Program-made: the position numbers and the translations under genes | Shown here: in pieces, positions 42,301 through 52,215 of the stretch | Layout of the letters: every line of letters begins with the position of its first letter | Numbering within the stretch: position 1 is the stretch's first letter | Origin: Balanoglossus misakiensis | Taxonomy: Eukaryota; Animalia; Hemichordata | Assembly: GCA_040954595.2 (NCBI GenBank) | Contig: CM082594.2 | Span: forward strand, 7,150,840 to 7,214,839 | Length of the DNA: 64,000 nucleotides | Direction: 5' to 3' | The notes under the pieces: generated by a model | Told to the model about the DNA's origin: nothing | The model's input: only the letters and a program-made list of their open reading frames with translations | Database searches by the model: none

Positions 42301-45300
42301 TGAGATCAGCCTTGCGCCACCAGACTCTGATTAAACCCCATAATTTTTTACGCCATGGTTGGATTGGATTGTTAAAAAGGGAAGAAGGGGCTAAGATAAT
42401 AAAAATCACAGATATTATAACACTCATAAAATAAAGTTTGTGCAGTTCAGAATTACAGAAATTTTAGTTGACTTTTGGTTGAGATGAAACATAACTTTCA
42501 TTTCGTCGCTTTCATCAGTCTTAGAAGACTCTGTGATGATGGAACCCAGTCAACATGCAATGCATGCATATCAGCAGCCTAGCTGTGTGGCTGTGGTCTA
42601 TAACGTTCAATCGGAAGTGACATTCCGTGACAGAACGCATGATCTTGACATAGTTCCTGGGCACAAGCCTGGTCAGTTTTTTTCGATGTGGGGGAGCCCA
42701 ATACATCATTGTCACTCCCTCTTCTGTTTACAGTTGCGTTCATCTTGCAAGTAGATCATGTACTTGCACTGTAAATCTGCCTCTTGTCACACTGCAGCCA
42801 CAAGTGTGTGCGAGCGACTTGTTATTTTCACCCAGATCCACTGGGTTTCTGTCAATCTCAACCAAGTGTACATAGGAAGAATTAGAACACCACTTAGCTT
42901 TTATGACTTTGGCCTTCGACCCCATTTATCGACTTTCTAAGAGAGTTTTATATCCTGTAGCTAAACAATTCTTTGGAGTTATTTGTATAACCTGTATTTC
43001 AGTTCCCATCAAAGGGTCCAGACAGAGCTTTTGATTATGGTATTATTTGATATTGTCATTAATTTGACTTGGTTGATCCACTTTATGTTTCTCAACCTAC
43101 TAACTGATCCTATCAGAACATAATGTGTTGTAAACACCAATCACAGATAGGATTACGGTTAAGTAACCAATCATAGATAGACATGCTCTTGTAACAACCA
43201 ATCATTGACTGACTTGTATTTGAACCAACCAATCAGACGTTGTTGAGAATTCCTCATGGATTTACCAGTTTCTTCATCCAACTGAGAGTCATGAAAACTC
43301 TGAAGGCCTCCATCAGATGTTGATGTATAATCTGTGTCAAGGCAAATGACCATGCTCCAAACATTTCGGATGTGTTAAAAATAAACTGCAAGCACTTCCG
43401 AGTAGAAAGTTTCCATGTCACGATCTGTGAACAGATGTTTCCTATAAAACCAACAAGAAGTTCTTCCACTTGCAAATTGCCTGGTAGAAAATGTTAAAAC
43501 TCCACTGAAGACAAGTCGAATTCTTTTGGTTTTTATCTGTGATAATGGTTGGAGCTTGACAGGGGTGGGTTGAATTTCCTATCTTGCAAATGGTCTCGTA
43601 TCAGGGTAGGCTTGGATAGAATTACCGGCTATATCCGCTAGACGGGCTGCGTCTAGATTATTTGGCAATTACCAATCTGAAATGAACAGTAGCGTAGATG
43701 TTTTACATCACGTACCAAGAAAGAGAAAAAAATGGAAAGGTTCAATAACCACCCAATCTTTGTGGCAGTGATTTTGATGGAGTGTGGTACTGTACCGGTT
43801 AGACTTGGGAGTGTTTGATAGTTGATGCTCTGTTTTTCTCCAACCTGGTGCTCTGTGGCAATAACTCTCCAGGCACCAGCAATTGGTTTTAGGACTTTGA
43901 CTAAAAGATTAATATATTTAAAACTTTTTCTTCCAGCTTTGGAATGATCCACGATGGAGAAGGCAATGATTGCAGCAAGTCTCGGGGTCACATAATGTCG
44001 CCTACACTAACTGGAGACAACAACGGTGTCTTCTCCTGGTCGGTCTGCAGCAGGCAGTACCTCAAAGATTTCCTAACGTAAGTGTTAGCTCTGTTTCTCT
44101 TTTAAGCAAAAGAAGTTGATTAACCCATCCACCCCCAGTTACCTCTGTAGAGGTCCAAGTTTACCATAGAAAACAGTGTATTTGAGCCAAACCATGGTGG
44201 TGAATGGGTTAAGTGGCAAAATATTAAATGTAAATACACTTAGAAGCAAATTTTCCTGGTCTGCATTCATTTCAAGCAAGCCATGTAAGTAAATGTTGGA
44301 ATATTTGCTGATGAAGTCATTGTAGTATGTATGTAAAACATTGTGTGTATTTATTTGTCTTGCTTCAGGACTACAAAAGCTATATGTCTTCTGAACGAGC
44401 CGAACAGCGTGGCGGAGTACCGCTTTCCGGAGAAGTTGCCGGGGGAACTGTACGATGCTGACTTGCAGTGCAAGTGGCAGTTTGGATCGCGTGCTTCTCT
44501 CTGCACGTTTGACTTTGGCAAGGTATCTGCATGTAAGCTGTTTCTTGGTACTTCCTTCAGACATACCTGTCGAGTTTGTAAGAGTTGGACGCGAGAACCA
44601 AAAAAAAGACCGAAGTCCCGGTATGCACGTATTCTACCGTACAGGACTGGATAGACTAAAATAATATACACCCAGGGTCCTGAAGCTATAAACAGACTTA
44701 AATATAAGCTCCCTGATTTACAAAGCTAAGGATGAACTCTCATGTAGAAAGCCCATGATACTTGCTTGGCTTTAAGTAGATTTCAGTTTGTAATCCAAGG
44801 GTTGTAAATCTGAGACAGAAATCAAGGAATTATATGGTATAAACTCAGACTCCTGAAGCTTTAGACATCAGCTTACAGAATCTGTAAAGCTATAACCATG
44901 AGTCAACGTACTTTTCACTGTCTGCCATGGCACTCTCACAAATTCCTAAGAACCCGGCCAACACATAGTTCTTTCTTGATAATAGAAATAAGCCCATACA
45001 TTAGACACAGTGGGCCAGAATTCTTGTATGTGATATCCACTGTTCTGAGCTTCCCTGCAGAATAATCGCTACAAAAAAACCATCACTCCTTCCTTCCAGA
45101 ACCTCTGCAAAGCACTTTGGTGTCACAGAGACGGCAGACGATGCGAGACCAAATTCCTGCCGGCCGCCGAGGGCACGTCGTGTGGCTACAACAAGTGGTG
45201 TCGGTCAGGCATGTGTGTGGACTACGGCCAGGACGGACCCAAGCCACTGGACGGAGGCTGGTCAGACTTCACAGAATACGGGGAATGCAGCCGGACGTGT

Positions 45301-48300
45301 GGTGGCGGCGTGACGTACAGGGAACGCACCTGCAATAATCCCAGACCTCAGTATGGTGGCAAATATTGTGAAGGAGAGTCTAGAGAATATCAAATGTGCA
45401 ATATACAGGTATGATTAGATTATGATTAGAATTATATGATAAAATTGACATACAAATTATACTTGGTTTCTTACTAGAAAAGATGGTCCTTTCTAGTAAC
45501 CATGGTTTCATGAAAACTCAAATTAGTTCTTATTGGTATGGTGAAATAAAAGTAAAAATGCTACATCTTTAAACATCATGTACATGTAATATTTACTTCC
45601 AGGGGTGTGTACTGTCTTCTGTTGAACACTAAATTTTGTTAATATACATTCTCTGATGGTCAAAAACAATCAACATTTTGCAGGAGTGTCCACCCAGTGA
45701 TATAGACTTCCGATCACAGCAGTGTGCAGCTCACAACAGCAGACCGTTCAGGGGCTTTTATTACAAATGGAAACCATACACACATGTTGACAGTAAGTAA
45801 GGGCATGACTGTACGCGTTAGAGGGAGGTTAACAATTCTATTTCTCACGGTTTTGGATGGCTTGTTGTTCATTGTACCAAGGCCAGTGGACAATTATATT
45901 TGTGAACTTGGTTTTCTGGTTTGGTTTGATATGGAAACATAAGAGTGCAATGAATGGCTAACTATTATTTGTCATCTAATTTTATTTACTGCAAATTTTG
46001 TTTCGATTTTCAGCCGAGGAGTTATGCAAGTTATACTGCATTGCCGAAGCCTTTGATTTCTTCTTCGCCCTGTCCAGCAAAGTTACTGATGGAACACCGT
46101 GTAGGGAAGACTCGTTGGACGTCTGTGTAGGAGGAAAATGTCTGGTATGAATTGCAATGTGTTATAAATTTATAAAGCCCCTCTGAATACTCTGTGTAGA
46201 AGAATTACCCCGTTATTGATAAACTTTGGGTAAATCCTATTCTTTTCAATGGTGGAGTTGGCTCTGTATACAAAGGAATGGGGATGGACGGGTTGAAATG
46301 AGGGACCAACCACAGTGTGTAGATTTTAGCACTAATTGTAATTGACGGAGAGGGTTGTTATTGTGGGCATTGAACCATAATGATGTGAATACTCAGATTT
46401 CTTCATTCACAAAACATAAACACAGTAAATACGAACTTGAGTTCCTTGAACTTGACTGCTGTTTACTTGTACTTTTCTGAAAGAGGTACGTGATGTCAAA
46501 ATGTCCATTCCAACAGGACTACTCCAGAATAAAATACAAATAATACATTCATGTCCGGTGTTTCTGAACTGACACGCCTGCATTGGGTTTTTCTTGACAG
46601 CCTGTAGGTTGCGACCACGTGCTTGGCTCGTCGGCCAAATTCGACAGTTGCGGTGTCTGCAACGGTGACAATTCAACCTGCAATTTCGTGGTGGGCTCAT
46701 ACACCCATCAACCAGCCCACAATGGTAAGGTCCCTGCAGTGCATTCCTTTGCCATTTCATCAAACAAGTATCTTGTTCTCAGTCTCTGTTAAATTGAAGA
46801 CTACATTTTACATTACAGGCCTTTTGGTGGGTGTTTGACCTCACATTTCATATCCAGAATTTTCAACTGTTGTCACTGCAGCTTTCAAACAAATTATTGA
46901 GTCTTTTGTTGACGGTACGTTGTCTAGAACTCTGAAATCATGATCAGATCATAGACTTTTACCAGTAGATACCAAACGCAGAATAATCAAAAGTTTTCTA
47001 TCAGTGTAACTTTGGCGTTGTATGTACACCTGTTCACTGCTGGCCTTAATATACACACATAACCAATTCTAAACATCGACCATCATTTTAAATTCCTTTA
47101 AATATTAAATACAGATATCTTTCCTTTTTATAATTTTGAAATGAAACAGACTACTACCAGGTAGTGACAGTGCCAGTGGGAGCAAGGAATATTATCGTTG
47201 AAGAAATGAACATCTCCTCGAGTTACCTGGCCATAAGGAATACAGAGCACAGGTACTTTCTGACTGGGGATTGGACGGTCGACTGGCCGGGGGAGTTCAA
47301 GGTCGCTGGGACTACGTTTATGTACAGTCGGGAGTACAATAAACCAGAGTCTCTCAAGGCGTCCGGACCGACCGATGAAGAAATTGTCATAGAGGTGAGT
47401 ACTAAGGGTCAGTGTGATGAGAATGAGATGTAGAGTTGGCTTGATGTGACAAATACTGTCTACATTTCTGTGAGTAATATAAGTGCTTGACTTCTTTCCC
47501 AACAGCTATTGTTGCAAGGTATCAACCCAGGCATTCAGTATCTGTACACCATTCCCAAGACGGAGAATCAAACCATCGTCACACCACCAGCTCACAACTA
47601 TACCTGGACAGCTATCATGACAGAATGCTCAGCAACTTGTGCAGGGGGTGAGTGCAAATCAGTGAACTCTTAGCTAATAGTCTTGTTGATAGAGTTTCAG
47701 TTTGCAACTAACTGTACCGTACTTTTCAATTTAAATCATCTCAGCTTGTTTTAAATGATGTTGACAAAAGAATACAGAAGTATGGGTGTCCAAGAACTTG
47801 TAAATAACTTGGATATGTTTACTGTGAAATTTTTAAGAGATCATCTGTTTTGTTGTCCTAGCTGTTTGCATTAAAACAAAAAGCATACTGAAATATTCCG
47901 CAAATTACCTTCCAATTATTCACCCATCTCGCCTGTGATCTTTTCTGAAGAAATGGTAATTGTACTCATTTGAAATCTATGTCAAGACAGTTCAAAGGTC
48001 CAAGGCTTTTTTATTAAACTCCTATTTCTGTGTGATATTTAGGTGAGATGACGACCATTGCCCAGTGTTGGAGAGACGGAGAGGTGCAGGTTGATGACTC
48101 CTTCTGTGAACTAGAGAGCAAACCAAATAGTGGACGGTACCCTTGCAACAAAGAGCCATGCCCTCCCAGGTACATGTATATATCACTCAGACTTCAGAAA
48201 TCATTCCCTATACTGAACATTGTCCTGGAATTAGTGTTGCCATGTGATTTCTTCAGTGGTAGTTTCCCCAGAACACTGCAGTAGCCTACAGACAGCATAC

Positions 48301-51103
48301 AACTCCAGAGTAGGCCTATTGGTTACTGCACTAATAAATGTGAAGTAGATGTCTGTATAGAGATTATTCCATGACCTGTATGCAAATTACATTGAAGGAA
48401 ACTTTTGACCAATCAACAATATGCTTGCGAGGCACTGTAGCATTGTGTCATTCATGGGACAAACCTTGTTGCGGCCATACCAATATTATTCTCCGTTTCC
48501 CAGGTGGGTCATATCTGAATGGGAGGAATGCAACCAGGAGTGCGGTGGCGGCAAACAGAATCGCAAAATCCAGTGTCTGCAGCAACGGACGCAGACCTTC
48601 AAGAAAAGCGTCAAGAAGCACTTCTGCACCGCCCCCAGGCCGAAGAAGTGGCGATCGTGCAACACGCAGGAGTGTCCACCCAAGTGGGTCACTGGAAAGT
48701 GGTCGGAGGTAAATATTGAATGCTGAGTGTCTTAGCAAGACATTCAACTGATATCTATAGAATTCTATAGCCTATAGGATTCGTATGGAAGTTTACAGAA
48801 TTTCTATGGATGTCTATAGATTTCTGTGTACTTTTGAACCCTATTTCTATTGAATTCAATAGAGATGACAGACAAAATCTATAGAATGCTATAGAATTCT
48901 ATAGATAATGTTTAATATACCGGGGTAGTGCACTCACAAGATTGTAAGCCCATGCTGTTGAATGAGTGAATGTGGGAGATTTTAATCAAGAGTGTCAGTT
49001 TGTATCAGAGAATACACTAGGGTGCCTTGATAAGTTGTAGTTTAGGTGGCCATCTTGCATAACCCAATCTTTGTTATTTTAAGCACAACACCTTAAAACA
49101 CTGCAAACCACCCAGCCATATAAAAAGATTTGATTATCTTTGCTTTTCAGTGCTCTGTGACGTGCGGGAGAGGAATCCGTTCCCGGAATGTCTCCTGCAC
49201 ATCCCAGGATTCCCACGGCAGCCACCGGAGATTGCCGGAGAGCTTCTGCCGGTATCTCCCGAAGCCGGAACTCAGCGCGGACTGCCAGAGGAAAGAATGT
49301 GTCATACAGACCCAGTGGTTCATTTCAGCCTGGAGTGAGGTGAGCGTGTGTTGTCAGTGGTCTTCGGAACTTTGAGATACTTTCACACCCAATACCCTTG
49401 AACTATCGATACCTGCAACTGAACATTTCAACCGGTATGATAACTTCATGAAACAAACTACTAGTAATTTGTCCTACTTATACCTTCAGGATTTCAAAAG
49501 CAGAATGATATATATTATCTTTGATGAATGAAAAGCATAGAATACTTTAAGGTTTCATTTGAAATCTTTGATCATATCACAATGAGGATTAATTGCCAAA
49601 GTTTCAAACCTAGGACACTTAAGCCAAAGGCATACAATATCCTTGTTGCCGTGGGAGGGAGGGGGGGGGGGTGGGGGGACAATAAACAGCAGTATGCTCC
49701 CACAGCCTTTAGAGGAGATCACTGTTCCATACAGTACAAGTGCCTGTATGTAAGATTGTTCAAATATTAGTTTAACCTAACCCCAGTTCCCTCTTTAGAG
49801 GTCCAACTTTACCATAGAAAACCACGGGCTTGGTTCAAACCATAGTGGTGAATGGGATAAAATGCTTAGATTACTCAAAGGCATAATATCTTGTCAATCA
49901 CCAGTGTTCACGGACGTGTGGTCTCGGACAGCGCAGCCGTCTCATCAAGTGCAGTTACCGTGACGACCACGGCCAATACAGGGAGCTGCCAGACGACAGG
50001 TGCACCAGCTCCCAGAAGCCCTCGCTGCCGCTCAGAAAGCCCTGTAATCTGGGCATGTGTATGAACGAGGGACAGACGGACACCAAGTGGTTTGCAGCAG
50101 AGTGGTCAGAGGTAAGGTTCAAAGATGAATCACTCATGCCGCCTGAGTTTGGAATGTGAGAAGTGTTCTGATTGGGTAATGAACGCAGTCGTGCATTGTG
50201 TGAGGTCTCCCCGTGACCAATCAGAAGAGATTTCATGGACCGAATTCACACACTGCATGCAGAAGTGTCAGTCAGCTTCAGTCTTGAGATAGATAGTTAC
50301 TTTTAGCATTTTACTGCTTTTTGTCTTGATTATAATATCATTTCAGTTGAAAAGAATGCATGAATTGTTCACCATATCAAAACTACAGAACTGACAAACT
50401 ACAGTATATTTTTGGGGGTATACGTAACAAGACTGAATGTGATTTTGTCTTGCAGTGTTCGGTAACATGCGGAGCTGGCATCCAGACCAGACAAGTCAGT
50501 TGTACGACCACCAACCGAGCCAGCACAGCATCCATGTGTAACAGTGCTAGAAAACCTTCTACCTCACAACCTTGTAACTTTCCACCCTGCCCGGGTCATG
50601 GTGAGTATACCGGTACTGAAATCGACATCCTTTCAAATTTGAAGATCCTAGAGTAAAATTAATTTTACTCTGGGGAGGTCTCCTGTCTGTTTCCTGTTTA
50701 ACCCCTTCACCACAATGGTTCAGTCCAAACCCATTGGTTTTTCTATGGTAAGGTTGGACCTCTAAAGAGGGAACTGGGGGTGAAAAGGTTGCTCTGTTTT
50801 TTGGCACTTGTATTTACATTCAGCGATGTGACTGTCGTTCAGTTCTAAACTTCTTCTTTATCTGACTCAGAATAATCTTTTAACATGATTATCTTGTATA
50901 CAGCAGTGTTAATCATTGAAGTTTGTGACAAGAACGAAGATACAAAATTATCTTCATAATTTTTAATTTCCATATTTTTTTCCTCAGATCCAAACTGCGT
51001 GGATGAATTTGATTGGTGCCATCTTGTGCCGCAACACAATGTCTGCAGTCACAAATTCTACGGTCAGAAGTGTTGTCTGTCTTGCAAGAACGACAGAAGA
51101 TGA
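9284..51103 (+). CDS. ADAMTS16/18: ADAMTS16/18-like metalloprotease, whole gene (22 coding exons, ~1213 aa)
   Basis: Hand-assembled exons: 9284-9385, 9788-9851, 12149-12474, 37930-38173, 40784-40995, 41262-41345, 41523-41682, 41977-42082, 43937-44077, 44369-44522, 45100-45408, 45684-45792, 46014-46144, 46601-46724, 47150-47394, 47506-47647, 48043-48169, 48504-48708, 49151-49339, 49905-50111, 50456-50600, 50988-51103. Total 3642 nt, open, with all phases matching. The motifs [44 protein letters not shown] and [19 protein letters not shown] are characteristic of the ADAMTS16/18 clade. Confidence 0.93.
9788..9851 (+). CDS. ADAMTS16/18: ADAMTS exon 2
   Basis: Boundaries ttttttctgttacag| and CAG|gtaggg. 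Reads [21 protein letters not shown]. The phase-1 end fits exon 3. Confidence 0.65.
11341..11436 (-). mobile_element. ~90 bp TTAA-flanked piggyBac-type MITE, family A copy
   Basis: Reverse-complement match to the consensus TTAACCCTTTCACCACCATGGTT...GTTGGACCTCTAAAGAGGGAACTGGGGGTGAAAGGGTTAA. Confidence 0.8.
12149..12474 (+). CDS. ADAMTS16/18: ADAMTS exon 3, prodomain (Pep_M12B_propep-like)
   Basis: [13 protein letters not shown]...[26 protein letters not shown]...CLYHGQL...VAINTCNGL; donor gtgagt. Confidence 0.95.
17440..17800 (-). mobile_element. Possible decayed non-LTR retrotransposon 3' end
   Basis: Purine-rich + strand. The minus-strand fragments ([21 protein letters not shown]) loosely resemble the ORF2 C-terminus of CR1/L2-type LINEs, but there are many stops and frameshifts. 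Confidence 0.25.
21962..21989 (+). mobile_element. MITE family A left-end fragment
   Basis: CCCTTTTGCCACCATGGTTTGGTCCAA. Confidence 0.5.
23750..23810. repeat. Imperfect (CA)n microsatellite
   Basis: Visible CACA/CATA run. Confidence 0.8.
25751..25843 (+). mobile_element. MITE family A copy
   Basis: TIR CCCTTTCACCCCCA...TGGGGGTGAAAGGG with the same internal sequence as the other copies. Confidence 0.85.
27712..27730. repeat. Poly-G tract
   Basis: About 19 consecutive G. Similar G/C runs occur near 19035, 49655, 53388 and 61947. Confidence 0.9.
30528..30613. repeat. 28 bp direct repeat pair with a 30 bp spacer
   Basis: TTTGTTTAAAAGTTGTTAAAT(T/G)TCTGTC at 30528-30555 and 30586-30613. Confidence 0.85.
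31001..31095 (+). mobile_element. MITE family A copy
   Basis: Closely similar to the copies at 25751 and 50698. Confidence 0.85.
32572..32650. repeat. Alternating purine-pyrimidine (TG/GCAT/GCGT) low-complexity tract
   Basis: tgtgtgtgtgcatgtgtgcgtatac...gcatgcatgcatgcgtgcgtgcgtgcacac. Confidence 0.8.
33804..33896 (+). mobile_element. MITE family A copy
   Basis: TTAACCCTTTCACCAC...GGGGGTGAAAGGGGTAA. Confidence 0.85.
37930..38173 (+). CDS. ADAMTS16/18: ADAMTS exon 4, prodomain
   Basis: tttcag|[16 protein letters not shown]...PHMIYKRS...QHYCGRRKK|gtgagt. Confidence 0.95.
40784..40995 (+). CDS. ADAMTS16/18: ADAMTS exon 5, furin site and start of catalytic domain
   Basis: ...[19 protein letters not shown]...[30 protein letters not shown]; AG/GT boundaries. 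Confidence 0.95.
41262..41345 (+). CDS. ADAMTS16/18: ADAMTS exon 6, catalytic domain
   Basis: [28 protein letters not shown]; boundaries catag| and |gtgaga. Confidence 0.95.
41523..41682 (+). CDS. ADAMTS16/18: ADAMTS exon 7, catalytic domain
   Basis: [20 protein letters not shown]...[23 protein letters not shown]. Confidence 0.96.
41977..42082 (+). CDS. ADAMTS16/18: ADAMTS exon 8, first half of zinc-binding motif
   Basis: [35 protein letters not shown]; donor gtaagt, phase 2. Confidence 0.97.
43937..44077 (+). CDS. ADAMTS16/18: ADAMTS exon 9, third His and Met-turn
   Basis: [13 protein letters not shown]...HIMSPTL...[15 protein letters not shown]. Confidence 0.97.
44120..44212 (-). mobile_element. 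MITE family A copy (intron 9)
   Basis: TTAA CCCATCCACC...GGTGAATGGG TTAA, with both TTAA sites intact. Confidence 0.85.
44369..44522 (+). CDS. ADAMTS16/18: ADAMTS exon 10, disintegrin-like domain start
   Basis: AICLLNEP...[26 protein letters not shown]. Confidence 0.96.
45100..45408 (+). CDS. ADAMTS16/18: ADAMTS exon 11, disintegrin-like domain plus central TSR
   Basis: [29 protein letters not shown]...DGGWSDF...CSRTCGGGV...[17 protein letters not shown]. Confidence 0.96.
45684..45792 (+). CDS. ADAMTS16/18: ADAMTS exon 12, Cys-rich domain
   Basis: [32 protein letters not shown]. Confidence 0.95.
46014..46144 (+). CDS. ADAMTS16/18: ADAMTS exon 13, Cys-rich domain
   Basis: [29 protein letters not shown]...DVCVGGKCL. 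Confidence 0.95.
46205..46297 (+). mobile_element. Old diverged MITE family A-like copy (intron 13)
   Basis: Same length and layout (TTACCCC...AAATCCTATTCTTTTCAATGGTGGAGTTGG...GGGTTGAA) but heavily diverged. Confidence 0.4.
46601..46724 (+). CDS. ADAMTS16/18: ADAMTS exon 14, end of Cys-rich domain
   Basis: [27 protein letters not shown]. Confidence 0.95.
47150..47394 (+). CDS. ADAMTS16/18: ADAMTS exon 15, spacer domain
   Basis: [14 protein letters not shown]...SYLAIRN...[26 protein letters not shown]...[10 protein letters not shown]. Confidence 0.95.
47506..47647 (+). CDS. ADAMTS16/18: ADAMTS exon 16, spacer end and TSR2 start
   Basis: [17 protein letters not shown]...[16 protein letters not shown]. 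Confidence 0.95.
48043..48169 (+). CDS. ADAMTS16/18: ADAMTS exon 17, TSR2
   Basis: [22 protein letters not shown]...CNKEPCPP. Confidence 0.94.
48504..48708 (+). CDS. ADAMTS16/18: ADAMTS exon 18, TSR3
   Basis: [24 protein letters not shown]...[17 protein letters not shown]. Confidence 0.95.
48750..48905. repeat. TCTATAGA-rich quasi-palindromic repeat (decayed foldback-like element); related patch at ~35950-36040
   Basis: Repeated palindromic (T)CTATAG(A) units. TATCTATAGAATTCTATAG at the left end mirrors CTATAGAATTCTATAGATA at the right end. Confidence 0.65.
49151..49339 (+). CDS. ADAMTS16/18: ADAMTS exon 19, TSR4
   Basis: [16 protein letters not shown]...QWFISAWSE. Confidence 0.95.
49772..49860 (-). 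mobile_element. MITE family A copy (intron 19)
   Basis: CCCCAGTTCCCTCTTTAGAGGTCCAAC...GTGGTGAATGGGATAA. Confidence 0.85.
49905..50111 (+). CDS. ADAMTS16/18: ADAMTS exon 20, TSR5
   Basis: [16 protein letters not shown]...CNLGMC...KWFAAEWSE. Confidence 0.95.
50456..50600 (+). CDS. ADAMTS16/18: ADAMTS exon 21, TSR6
   Basis: [16 protein letters not shown]...[14 protein letters not shown]. Confidence 0.95.
50698..50790 (+). mobile_element. MITE family A copy (intron 21)
   Basis: TTAACCCCTTCACCAC...GAACTGGGGGTGAAAAGGTT. Confidence 0.85.
50988..51103 (+). CDS. ADAMTS16/18: ADAMTS exon 22, PLAC domain and stop
   Basis: [38 protein letters not shown] followed by TGA TGA. Confidence 0.96.
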
Positions 51104-52023
51104 TGACTGGCGGAATGAGAGAAAATTACATAGACATCTTTATTTTTATTTGTAGAGATTTAAGTGTATATTAAGTTGTGTAATTACTATAACTGTTGAA
51201 CAACTGCAAGTTTATGAAGCAGTTCACAGTATATTATTTAATGGTTTGAACTCTCGCCCCCGTCACACCCCTAAGTTCTGTGTGATGTGGTCTGACCGTC
51301 TATTGGGAATTTCTAAGATCATTCCAATGGAAGGGCTAGAGGGGGGTTCGCCAGGAATATTACACAAGTGTGTCACCAAAACAGGGACCAAAGACAGTAT
51401 TTAATTTGAGAAGTAATGAATCTTTCTCGTGAAAATATCAGTTTTGTTGGTACTGTTGAAACAAATTCATGTGCACATGTACTGGTGCGGTACCGGTACA
51501 TGTATGTTGCCAGTTTTCGCTGGAAGTACTTAGTTGAATGTGTGTTTCTCCGCGATGGACAACCTAGCTGGCACAGTGCATGCAACTTGCTGAAGACTGT
51601 GCAATATATTATCATGTGCCAGCGGATTGGCAGGTCTGTGTGTCCTGTGGCTCTGATGTACAGTGCAGGCTGTGATGAGAATACGGTACATAGAATTATG
51701 GCTAAGTTCTGCCACAGTGAGTGAGTTTAAACCTGGGTGTTTAAACACACTTCGCACGCATCAGCTCCGTAAATTTTATTTCTGTAGGCACAGCCTATAC
51801 ATATTTTTGTGTTTTGTTGTCAGTGATGTACGTCAATCTTTCAATCCACGAAGAAACACAACCACATGTAAATGGCAAGCAAAGTATGCCCTCTATGTAA
51901 AAAAAACTTGAATACTTTTGTTTTGGAAATCTTATAGCATCCACAGGGGAAGAGGGCCCAGACTCTGTTTAACTGTCTTCAGGACTTTAACTTTGATTCT
52001 TATTAATTGCGTCAGTCTGCCCT

Positions 52024-52215
52024 TTAACCTTTGACCCCCATACACCTTTGCGCATATATAGTACTTCAACCTTTCTGTTGGAAACAGTGAAATTACATTA
52101 GAGTACTGTGGTAAATTATTTAAACATATCTGCCCTAAATTCCACTGTGTTTGGTCCAGCTTTACCAAAGAAAAAGAGCAGGATATTTCTCGGTGTATGG
52201 AGGGGAAAAGGTTAA
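52024..52215. mobile_element. ~185 bp TTAA-flanked piggyBac-type MITE, family B (in ADAMTS 3' UTR)
   Basis: TTAA CCTTTGACCCCCATACACC ... GGTGTATGGAGGGGAAAAGG TTAA: imperfect ~19 bp TIRs and a TTAA duplication. Confidence 0.7.

Noticed and set aside
42745-42790. Minus-strand ADLQCKY resembling exon 10 (DADLQCKW)
   Set aside because: Short match with stops nearby and no extended similarity; probably chance.
51101-51106. TGA TGA as selenocysteine or readthrough
   Set aside because: The PLAC domain is complete before the stop, tandem stops argue for termination, and no SECIS was recognised.
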